Below, piece by piece: positions 30,955-38,534 of a stretch of DNA of 64,000 nucleotides (its first letter is position 1; the number at the start of each line of letters is the position of its first letter). Origin of the DNA: Phocaeicola sp. Its GTDB lineage: Bacteria > Bacteroidota > Bacteroidia > Bacteroidales > Bacteroidaceae. The stretch is taken from positions 1,213-65,212 of the forward strand of contig JAZQAG010000049.1 of the NCBI GenBank assembly GCA_045545095.1, read 5' to 3'. Both the position numbers and the translations under genes were made by a program. The notes under the pieces are model-generated. The model was not told the origin of the DNA, did not search any database, and saw only the letters and a program-made list of their open reading frames with translations.

Positions 30955-31440
30955 ATGATAAACCAATTAATTGACCGATACATGAATGGCCTCACCTCGC
31001 CCGAGGAGCAAAAGCGGCTGCACCGCCTGCTGATGGTCGATGATCTGCCCGAGGAGTATCTGCCCTATCGCGAAATGTTCACCCTGTTGGGTGAGCCGAT
31101 GGAGGTTCCCTCTGACAAGGAGTTGAAGGATTTTGCCCAAGCGAACCAATTGGAGGTGGCCGAGACGGAAGAAGGGCACATCATCGCCTTGCGCCCGTGG
31201 TTGCGCTACGCAGGCATTGCAGCTTCGCTCGTGCTTGTCTTCTTGGCCGGGCGATGGTCGGTTGGGGAGAATCCGAAGGTGATTGTACACGAATTGCCCG
31301 AAACGGACTTGGCACAATACAACGACCTTTTCACGACTGAGACAGGCACGACCATCGAAGAGGCGTTCAATGCTTGCGAAGAGGAAATGACAGACTTTGA
31401 ATATAATTATATAAACTCCAATCCACATGAAGAATTATAA
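30955..31440 (+). CDS. putative single-pass anti-sigma factor
   Basis: Directly follows the ECF sigma gene. The N-terminus IDRYMNGLTSPEEQKRL parallels the 56428-56946 protein. One TM (YAGIAASLVLVFLAG). Confidence 0.45.
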   Translation: MINQLIDRYMNGLTSPEEQKRLHRLLMVDDLPEEYLPYREMFTLLGEPMEVPSDKELKDFAQANQLEVAETEEGHIIALRPWLRYAGIAASLVLVFLAGRWSVGENPKVIVHELPETDLAQYNDLFTTETGTTIEEAFNACEEEMTDFEYNYINSNPHEEL

Positions 31441-32422
31441 TGAGTTACGAGTTACGAGCTACGAGCTACGAGTTACGAGCGACAAGCTACGAGTAGGGGT
31501 CATCACTGCGCTGTTGTTCCTATTGGGCTTTGGCACGGCTATGGCTCAAGAGCGGGACTTTAAGAATCGGACATTTTATGAGAATTGGGAACTCTCAAAC
31601 CTCTTCTGGGACTTGAAGCTGAATTTCTCCCAAACGTACCTCATCCGTCAGACGAACGACTGGATAATCTACGACCTGAACTATTGGTTTACAAGCGAGA
31701 AGGACAGGCTGACACGCCAGCAGTGGCCTGACCACATCTTTGCCCAATTGGACAAACTGAAGACTCTACGCAAATTTACCGAATCCATTGAAGAGAAGGG
31801 GAAATACTACAAGAAGTACACCCTCACTACGCAATCGGCTCAAGAGGGGCAAATAGACTTCGTCACGCTGGAAGTGGGAGACAACAAAGTGAGTTTTCAG
31901 TATAAAGCCAATGCTGATGTGAACGGCAAGCGTCTGCCCGTCTCCATGCCAAAGGCGAATGAGATAAAAGGGAAGATGGAGGCCCTTTACCGCCCATACA
32001 TCGCAAGGAAGAATGTCAGGGAGCAACAGGTGACCTACGACTGGAACCTCCGCAAATACCATCGGAGCATTGCGGCCGACAACACCACCAAGGTGACACG
32101 GGCCACCCGATACCGCATTCCTGCCTGCACCCAAAAGGAGTATGAGGCTGTGGTGAGACACTTCCAGCAGATACAGCAACAGTACAACGTGTTCATGGCT
32201 ACGAACGATGTCTTTTGGGAGTACGAAGAGACGGCTATCGCCTTCCGCGACGATGACGGACGCCTCCATACCTATGGCGTGGCGCTGAAGCCCGACGGCA
32301 CCCTCTATCTGATAGAGAGCCATGCAGGCGCTCTTCCCCGTCTGTGGGCCGAAGACAATGCAGTGTGGGAGGACAATGTGCGCAAGCGTCCTCATTACCG
32401 CACACCAGAAAATGAAAAATAA
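31427..32422 (+). CDS. secreted protein of unknown function (ECF operon member) with a heptamer repeat in the signal-peptide coding region
   Basis: ATG overlaps the upstream stop. MKNYNELRVTSYELRVTSDKLRVGVITALLFLLGFGTAMAQ is signal-peptide-like. No family recognised. Confidence 0.55.
   Translation: MKNYNELRVTSYELRVTSDKLRVGVITALLFLLGFGTAMAQERDFKNRTFYENWELSNLFWDLKLNFSQTYLIRQTNDWIIYDLNYWFTSEKDRLTRQQWPDHIFAQLDKLKTLRKFTESIEEKGKYYKKYTLTTQSAQEGQIDFVTLEVGDNKVSFQYKANADVNGKRLPVSMPKANEIKGKMEALYRPYIARKNVREQQVTYDWNLRKYHRSIAADNTTKVTRATRYRIPACTQKEYEAVVRHFQQIQQQYNVFMATNDVFWEYEETAIAFRDDDGRLHTYGVALKPDGTLYLIESHAGALPRLWAEDNAVWEDNVRKRPHYRTPENEK
31442..31497 (+). repeat. imperfect heptanucleotide tandem repeat (GAGYTAC x ~8) inside a CDS
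   Basis: gagttac gagttac gagctac gagctac gagttac gagcgac aagctac gagtagg, read directly from the sequence. Confidence 0.9.
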
Positions 32423-32442
32423 TCAAAAAACTATATCTGAAT

Positions 32443-33366
32443 ATGAAGACAAACATCATCATCGCCACACTGGCAGCCTGTATGTTGCTGCATGGCAATC
32501 CCCTCATGGGACAAGGCTTCTCCTTGTCAAACCTCTTTGGAAACAACGACAAGATAGAGGCTTCGAAGAAAACAGTTACGTATGAATTGGAGAACCCTGA
32601 ACGTTTCAACCGCATCCAATTTGCAGGTAGCGGCACCGTGGAGTATCGCCAAAGCTCGGACGGACAGACACGCGTGACCGTAACCATAGCTGAGAATGTG
32701 CGTGACTACGTAGAGGTGGAAGTGAAGAATGGCACTCTCAGTAACCGATGGAAGGCGATAAACACCACCATCACAGGCGACTCCAAACTGAAAATCGTAT
32801 GCGAAAGTCCGCAGATTGAAGTTGTGGATATGTCTGGTAGTGGAAAAGCTTACCTTATGAATACCATTACCGACCGAAGACTCGCTCTCAGAGTGGCAGG
32901 CTCGGGCATCATCAAGACCTCCACATTGCACCTTGAAGAGAACCTGCAATGCGATGTGGCAGGAAGCGGACACATTGAAGTGGGTGAAGGATATGCAGGA
33001 GAGGTCGCCTCATTCAGCATTGCAGGTAGTGGTAAAATCAATGCCAACCGTTTGAAGGCCAAAGAGGTCGCAGCCCGCATATCCGGCAGTGGAGACATCA
33101 ACCTGCAAGGAACTGTCCAAAAGGCCAACCTACAGACTACAGGTAGTGGTGAAATCCATGCCCATGAATTGAAAGCAGAGAACGTGTATGCCAAAGTCAC
33201 CGGTTCAGGCGACATTGATTGCTACGTCACCAAAGAGTTGACCACCAAAGTCACAGGCAGTGGCGAAATCACCTACAGCGGCAATCCCTCCGTCATCAAC
33301 TCCAACAATGTGAAGAGGTCCAACAGAAAACAAGTCGATACGGAAGAGGTCATGGAAGGGCTATAA
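32443..33366 (+). CDS. DUF2807 / head GIN domain (putative adhesin-like beta-solenoid) protein
   Basis: Signal peptide plus regularly repeated V.GSG.I units (VAGSGII, VAGSGHI, IAGSGKI, ISGSGDI, TTGSGEI, VTGSGDI, VTGSGEI). Confidence 0.75.
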   Translation: MKTNIIIATLAACMLLHGNPLMGQGFSLSNLFGNNDKIEASKKTVTYELENPERFNRIQFAGSGTVEYRQSSDGQTRVTVTIAENVRDYVEVEVKNGTLSNRWKAINTTITGDSKLKIVCESPQIEVVDMSGSGKAYLMNTITDRRLALRVAGSGIIKTSTLHLEENLQCDVAGSGHIEVGEGYAGEVASFSIAGSGKINANRLKAKEVAARISGSGDINLQGTVQKANLQTTGSGEIHAHELKAENVYAKVTGSGDIDCYVTKELTTKVTGSGEITYSGNPSVINSNNVKRSNRKQVDTEEVMEGL

Positions 33367-33398
33367 GCATAAAAGTTTTAATAATAAGACTATTAGCG

Positions 33399-33438
33399 CC
33401 TTGCATCGATGCGACATCGGTGCAAGGTTGTTTTTTTT
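33399..33438 (+). terminator. rho-independent terminator
   Basis: ccttgcatcgatg-cga-catcggtgcaagg followed by ttgtttttttt. Confidence 0.7.
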
Positions 33439-33507
33439 CTATTTGCTTCGTTTCCCTATCTCTTGCGGAAAGAAAACAGTCTCTTTATATCGGCAGAATC
33501 AACATTT

Positions 33508-34401
33508 ATGACTAATTTTGCAGCCGCAAAAAAAAGAGATTGGCTGATGAATACGATTTGGATAGTGATGCCGATCCTTATTGTGCTGATGTTCCTGCTG
33601 GGGACAGAACTCAATAAGGAGGCCTTTGTAAATGTGGCCCGCCACCCCAAGGCAGTCGCGTTGGGTATGACGGGGCAGATAGTCCTGCTGCCCGCCATAG
33701 CTTTCGCCCTTGCGTGGCTGTTGGAGGTCCCCCCTGTATATTTTATGGGACTGGTGCTGGTAGCCTGCTGCCCCGGGGGAAGTTCGTCGAATGTGTTTTC
33801 CATGCTGGCCAAGGGCGATGTGGCCCTGTCGGTGACACTCACGGCCGTGAGCAGCATCGTGACACTCTTCACGCTTCCTGTCATTATGGAACTGACGTCG
33901 CACTTTGTTTCGCACAATGCGGGTATATCCATCGAACTGCCCGTTGGAAAACTGCTGGTACAGAATATCGTCCTGCTGTTTGTCCCGCTGATGGCGGGGT
34001 GGCTGTTCCGACGTTGGAAGCCCATATTGGCAGAGAAGGTGAGCAAGGTGCTCAACAAACTGGCATTTCCCGCACTGATGACGTTGGCGTTGCTGTTTTT
34101 CCTGCAATATACCCAAGAGATTATCGACAATTTCCGATTGATAGGTATGGCATGTGGTTTGCTCATCTTGGCAAGCATGGCCTGCAGTTCCCTGCTTGCA
34201 CGGGTGGGCAGGCTGACAGATGCTGTGCGCCGCACCATCGTCATCGAGGTGGGTATGCAGAATGCGGCACAAGCCATCGCCATTGCCACCTCCCCATTTA
34301 TCTTCAACAGTGGAGAGATGGCCATCCCTGCCATCATCTATGCACTGCTGATGAACGTGATATTGTTGCTTTACATACTGAAATTCAAACATTCAAGTTG
34401 A
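33508..34401 (+). CDS. bile acid:sodium symporter (BASS) family transporter
   Basis: LVACCPGGSSSNVFSMLAKGDVALSVTLTAVSS and multiple TM segments. The start could be the ATG at 33508 or at 33547; the track start at 33409 is upstream of the terminator context. Confidence 0.8.
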   Translation: MTNFAAAKKRDWLMNTIWIVMPILIVLMFLLGTELNKEAFVNVARHPKAVALGMTGQIVLLPAIAFALAWLLEVPPVYFMGLVLVACCPGGSSSNVFSMLAKGDVALSVTLTAVSSIVTLFTLPVIMELTSHFVSHNAGISIELPVGKLLVQNIVLLFVPLMAGWLFRRWKPILAEKVSKVLNKLAFPALMTLALLFFLQYTQEIIDNFRLIGMACGLLILASMACSSLLARVGRLTDAVRRTIVIEVGMQNAAQAIAIATSPFIFNSGEMAIPAIIYALLMNVILLLYILKFKHSS

Positions 34402-34430
34402 CAAGGGTACAAGTCAACTAAAAAAAGCAT

Positions 34431-35126
34431 ATGGCAAAGAAAGAGAAGATAAAGAGCATGTTTGACAACATTGCCCCCGACTATGACAAGCTGAACCACA
34501 TCATGTCGCTGAACATCGACAAAGGGTGGCGCCGGAAGGCAGTGCGCGAGATGGCAGATACTGACAAGCCGCTCGCAGTGCTCGACGTGGCCTGTGGTAC
34601 GGGTGACTTCACCATCGAGATTGCACGCAAAGTGTCCAAAGGGAGCCGCATCATAGGTATCGACCTGTCAGAAGGGATGATGAAGGTGGGCCGTGAGAAG
34701 ATTGCCACCGCCCAAGTGGATGCCACATTGGAATATGGCGATTGCGAAGCCCTGACGTATGCCGATGGCACTTTTGACCGCATATCCGTAGGTTTCGGCG
34801 TGCGCAATTTCGAGCATCTGAGCATCGGACTGGAGGAGATGTGCCGCGTGTTGAAACCAGGCGGAAAACTGGTAATCTTGGAATTGTCCGTCCCCTCCAA
34901 CCCCATTATCCGTTGGTGCTACAAGCTCTACTTCCTGCACATCCTGCCAGCCATTGGTGGCATGGTGTCAGGCAATCGGGGGGCATACGAGTACCTGCCT
35001 GCATCGGTCCTTCATTTCCCTGCACCCGACAAGTTCATCCCAATGATGCGCGAGGCCGGCTTCAGCGAAGTGAAACACCAACCTCTCACTTTCGGCATTT
35101 GCAGAATGTATGTTGGAATAAAATAA
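34431..35126 (+). CDS. ubiE: demethylmenaquinone methyltransferase (UbiE/MenG)
   Basis: MFDNIAPDYDKLNHIMSLNIDKGWRR...VLDVACGTGD...GFGVRNF is a canonical UbiE/MenG pattern. Confidence 0.9.
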   Translation: MAKKEKIKSMFDNIAPDYDKLNHIMSLNIDKGWRRKAVREMADTDKPLAVLDVACGTGDFTIEIARKVSKGSRIIGIDLSEGMMKVGREKIATAQVDATLEYGDCEALTYADGTFDRISVGFGVRNFEHLSIGLEEMCRVLKPGGKLVILELSVPSNPIIRWCYKLYFLHILPAIGGMVSGNRGAYEYLPASVLHFPAPDKFIPMMREAGFSEVKHQPLTFGICRMYVGIK

Positions 35127-35127
35127 T

Positions 35128-35233
35128 GTGTTAATATGCCAATGTGCTAATGTGCCAATGACCATGCGGCACGATAGCATTAAACATTTACACATTGTCA
35201 CATTAACATATTAGCACATTGGCATATTAACAT
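35128..35233. repeat. octamer-repeat inverted repeat forming a long hairpin in the ubiE-menA spacer
   Basis: The 33-nt arms at 35128-35160 and 35201-35233 are complementary with 4 mismatches. A perfect 23-bp core pairs tgttaatatgccaatgtgctaat (35129-35151) with attagcacattggcatattaaca (35209-35231). The arms are built from CAYATTRR units. Confidence 0.85.
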
Positions 35234-35251
35234 ATAGCACATTAGCATATT

Positions 35252-36127
35252 ATGATCAAAAACTGGATAGAGGCCATGCGCCTTCGTACACTACCCGTCA
35301 GCATGGCGGGCGTGCTTGCCGGATGTGGTTGTGCCCTGTGGCAGGACGGATTCTCCATCGTGCCGGCACTGCTTTGCCTGCTGTTTGCCCTGTCGGCACA
35401 GATTGCCTCCAACTTCGGCAATGAATACTATGATTACAAGAATGGTATGGACCGCAAGGGGCGCGAGGGGTTCCGACGCGGAGTGACTGAGGGAGACATC
35501 ACCCCGCAGGCCATGAAGCGTGCCACCTTTGCCATGTTGGGCATAGCGGCTGTCATCGGCTGTTCGTTGCTGCTGTATGGCGGCCTGTGGCTCATCCCTG
35601 TCGGTTGTGCCATCCTGTTGTTTGCCCTTGCTTACAGCGCTGGTCCCTACTCACTTTCTCATCATGGATTGGGCGATGTCACAGTAGTTGTCTTTTTCGG
35701 CATCGTCCCTGTCACCTTCACCTGCTACCTTCAGACAGGGGGATGGGAGGAATTGTCCGTACTGCTTACCACCTCCGTTGCCATCGGACTCTTGGCAGCC
35801 AATGTCCTCGTTGTGAACAATTATCGCGACATGGAAGATGATGAGGCTGTGGGGAAACGAACGACGGTTGTACTCTTCGGGCGTAAGGTCATGGGCTATG
35901 TTTATCTGCTTTCGGGCATCGCAGCTATGGCCATCATGACAGCCTTGTGGATACAGTTACCCCTATGGGCACTCATCGTTCCCATTATCTATCTGTCACT
36001 ACACATCACTACCTGGCGTAAACTTATCCACAGTCGGGGTGCTGCGCTCAACCCCCTGCTTGGGCGGACGGCTATCAACCTGCTCGTCTTCACAGTCCTG
36101 TTGCTGATGGTGTTGGCGGTAGTGTGA
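35252..36127 (+). CDS. menA: 1,4-dihydroxy-2-naphthoate polyprenyltransferase
   Basis: WIEAMRLRTLPVSMAGVLAG, NEYYDYKNG and NNYRDMEDD are UbiA-superfamily MenA motifs. Confidence 0.9.
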   Translation: MIKNWIEAMRLRTLPVSMAGVLAGCGCALWQDGFSIVPALLCLLFALSAQIASNFGNEYYDYKNGMDRKGREGFRRGVTEGDITPQAMKRATFAMLGIAAVIGCSLLLYGGLWLIPVGCAILLFALAYSAGPYSLSHHGLGDVTVVVFFGIVPVTFTCYLQTGGWEELSVLLTTSVAIGLLAANVLVVNNYRDMEDDEAVGKRTTVVLFGRKVMGYVYLLSGIAAMAIMTALWIQLPLWALIVPIIYLSLHITTWRKLIHSRGAALNPLLGRTAINLLVFTVLLLMVLAVV

Positions 36128-36133
36128 TTTTTA

Positions 36134-36823
36134 TTATACCAGCCCCCTCACCAAAAACCACAGCACGGGGACAAGCAGGGCGGGGAGCATGTTCAGCGTC
36201 TTACAATCTTTCAGTTTGAGGAGGGAAAGGCCTGAGGCGACAATCATCAGTCCGCCGACGATGAGCAACTCTGCCATGAGTGCTTCGCTGATGGCGGTAC
36301 TTGACAGCTTTGCCACCAAGTAGAACATCCCCTGCCAACAGAAGAGTACGGGTGCGGCCAGTATCATCCAAATGCCGTAGGTACTGGCAAAGACGGTGGA
36401 TGTCACCAAGTCGAGCGTGGCATTGGTATAGAGGAAGGTGTTGTCGCCCTTCAAGGCACTTATCACAGGGCCGAGCATGGCCAAGGGGCCAATGCAGTAG
36501 AGCAGGATGGCGGTGGAGAGACCGTCGGCCAAGTTGGTGTTCTTATTGCCCTTTGAACGTTTGTTTACCAAAGCGGCAAACCGCCCGTCGAGATCCAGCG
36601 CCGTGCCTACCACACTTCCGATGGCTATCGACACGATGAAGAGCACTGGGTATTCGCTCTTACCGAAGTTGCTTATCACCGCATTGAGACCGATACCCAA
36701 GCAGGCCAGCCCCAATCCAGTGTATAGCGTGTCCTTATACTTTTCCTTAATCCCTCTGTTCATTACAGCACCCACAATGCTGCCCACGATTATCGTGCAA
36801 GTGTTTACGATTGTTCCTATCAT
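36134..36823 (-). CDS. DUF554 family membrane protein
   Basis: MIGTIVNTCTIIVGSIVGAVMNRGI... and multiple TM segments. Start set to the ATG at 36823, because the longer track ORF overlaps the upstream gene. Confidence 0.7.
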   Translation of the reverse strand: MIGTIVNTCTIIVGSIVGAVMNRGIKEKYKDTLYTGLGLACLGIGLNAVISNFGKSEYPVLFIVSIAIGSVVGTALDLDGRFAALVNKRSKGNKNTNLADGLSTAILLYCIGPLAMLGPVISALKGDNTFLYTNATLDLVTSTVFASTYGIWMILAAPVLFCWQGMFYLVAKLSSTAISEALMAELLIVGGLMIVASGLSLLKLKDCKTLNMLPALLVPVLWFLVRGLV

Positions 36824-36834
36824 TTCCGGTTCAT

Positions 36835-37431
36835 TTATTGATTCTTCTTCAACCACTCCTGACGACGCAAGTCTGGCAGGTGTTTGATGTTGAAATGTTC
36901 GAATTTGGCTTTGAAACCGTTTCCATCGGGAGATGCAGCCATCAGACCAACCATAACGGGCGTATTGTCTTGAATCCAACAATTGCGCATCATGATGTAT
37001 TTCTTATCATCGAAGGAATAGAAGATTTCCACGGCATCCAATCGACGGACTGCTTTAATCCAGACAAAGGGGACAGGATGCTCAAGTTGGATGACACTCC
37101 AGTCACTCGTGTGATGAGTGACAACCGTACTGAGATTGTACTTTCCGTCCACATACTCAATACCCGTCTTGACATAGTTCTCCTTGTCCACCCGAATCAT
37201 CAGGCCAGCCTGATCAAAACGTTCTTTATATTCGCCGGAGACCTTCACCTTCACTTCGAACTCACCACCCCGCAAAGTGTAGAGGAAGGGAGCATCATCG
37301 ACAGTAAATCCGTAATGCGATATGCGCCAATAATCACTTTGGGGAGTTGCGTCTATATAAAGTGTTCCTTCCTTAATTTCCCAACTCTCAGGTTCATTGA
37401 ACCACTGCATTTTATCTAAAGAGTGTGCCAT
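36835..37431 (-). CDS. DUF1349 (concanavalin-A-like) domain protein
   Basis: MQWFNEPESWEIKEGTLYIDATPQSDYWR is the typical DUF1349 N-terminus. Confidence 0.7.
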   Translation of the reverse strand: MAHSLDKMQWFNEPESWEIKEGTLYIDATPQSDYWRISHYGFTVDDAPFLYTLRGGEFEVKVKVSGEYKERFDQAGLMIRVDKENYVKTGIEYVDGKYNLSTVVTHHTSDWSVIQLEHPVPFVWIKAVRRLDAVEIFYSFDDKKYIMMRNCWIQDNTPVMVGLMAASPDGNGFKAKFEHFNIKHLPDLRRQEWLKKNQ

Positions 37432-37495
37432 AGTTGTAGCTGCCAACAGTTTGTAACAATTAATCTACGTATCTTTTTACAGTAATTTCTGTCTG

Positions 37496-37527
37496 CAAAA
37501 ATAGCACAAGGCCATGACTTATCCAAA
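37496..37527 (-). promoter_or_regulatory. Bacteroidota-type promoter TTTG-N20-TATTTTTG for the DUF1349-DUF554 pair
   Basis: The minus strand reads tatTTTGgataagtcatggccttgtgcTATTTTTGcag, which matches the -33 TTTG / -7 TAnnTTTG consensus and spacing. Confidence 0.55.
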
Positions 37528-37544
37528 TATAAGTACTACATTCC

Positions 37545-38306
37545 TTATTTTCTTACAATCAGGATGCTGACCTCATAGAGCAGCCACATGGGGAGTGCGA
37601 CAAGCATCAGCGTAAAGACATCAGAGGTGGGAGTAATTATGGCTGCAATGATGAGCAGCACTACAATGACGTGGCGACGATAATGACTCATCAACGCGGC
37701 ATTGATGAAGCCCATACGGCCAAGCACCCAACAGATTACAGGTATCTCGAAAACTATCCCCATAGAGAGGCTTACGGTCATCAGAGTCTCCATATATGAA
37801 TCAATGGTGACGGTGTTGGCTACTACGTCACTCACCTGATAGGTTCCCAGGAAACGGAATATCAACGGGAATATCAGGTAATAGCTGAGCAGCACACCAA
37901 GCATGAACATGATGTATCCACTAACCACCAGCCGGATGGCATATTTGCGCTCATGGGTATAGAGTGCAGGGGAAATGAAATGAAAAAGCAGGTATATAAG
38001 ATAAGGAGACGTGAGCAAGATACCGGCACAGACTGAAGCCTTCACATGGAGCAGGAACTGACGCGCCAACCCGATGTTGATAAGTTGCACATCCCATGCG
38101 CCCACGTCTGACAATCCATCAGGAAACAGAGAGGCTGCAATCTGTTCCAACAAACGATAGGTGATGAAGCCGCTATCCTGTGGAGCCAGAATAATATCGA
38201 ACAACTCGTCCTTGAAGAAAAAGGAGATGACAGCGCACACCACCACTGCAACAACCATCTTTATCAGGCTGCCACGCAATTCATCAAGATGTTCCCAAAA
38301 GGTCAT
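37545..38306 (-). CDS. tatC: twin-arginine translocase subunit TatC
   Basis: MTFWEHLDELRGSLIK... and a six-TM pattern; canonical TatC. Confidence 0.9.
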   Translation of the reverse strand: MTFWEHLDELRGSLIKMVVAVVVCAVISFFFKDELFDIILAPQDSGFITYRLLEQIAASLFPDGLSDVGAWDVQLINIGLARQFLLHVKASVCAGILLTSPYLIYLLFHFISPALYTHERKYAIRLVVSGYIMFMLGVLLSYYLIFPLIFRFLGTYQVSDVVANTVTIDSYMETLMTVSLSMGIVFEIPVICWVLGRMGFINAALMSHYRRHVIVVLLIIAAIITPTSDVFTLMLVALPMWLLYEVSILIVRK

Positions 38307-38310
38307 GAGT

Positions 38311-38466
38311 TTATTTCTCTTCCTTTTCTGTCCCGTTCATTCCGTCTTTGAAGCTACGCACTCCTTTACCCAAACCTTTCATCAGTTCAGGTATCTTTTT
38401 ACCTCCAAAGAAAAGAAGAACAATCAGGGCAATAATGATAATTTCTTGAAATCCTATTCCAAACAT
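38311..38466 (-). CDS. tatA: twin-arginine translocase subunit TatA/E (51 aa, below the ORF-track cutoff)
   Basis: My own translation is MFGIGFQEIIIIALIVLLFFGGKKIPELMKGLGKGVRSFKDGMNGTEKEEK. This has a TM segment, an FGG hinge and an amphipathic helix. The stop lies 4 nt before the tatC ATG. Confidence 0.85.
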   Translation of the reverse strand: MFGIGFQEIIIIALIVLLFFGGKKIPELMKGLGKGVRSFKDGMNGTEKEEK

Positions 38467-38470
38467 GGTT

Positions 38471-38512
38471 TGATTTATGATTTGTGATTTATGATTTGTG
38501 ATTTATGATTTT
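38471..38512. repeat. heptamer tandem repeat (TGATTTR x6) immediately 5' of the tatA start codon
   Basis: tgattta tgatttg tgattta tgatttg tgattta tgatttt. The sense (minus) strand reads as G-free AAATCAY units ending 4 nt before the ATG. Confidence 0.9.
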
Positions 38513-38534
38513 ATGTTCTGACTCTGAACAACCT

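Noticed and set aside
18237-38512. Possibility that the short tandem repeats are CRISPR arrays or minisatellite mobile elements
   Set aside because: The periods are 6-8 nt with no spacers, each tract is under 130 bp, and no cas genes or transposases are present. They are not CRISPR.
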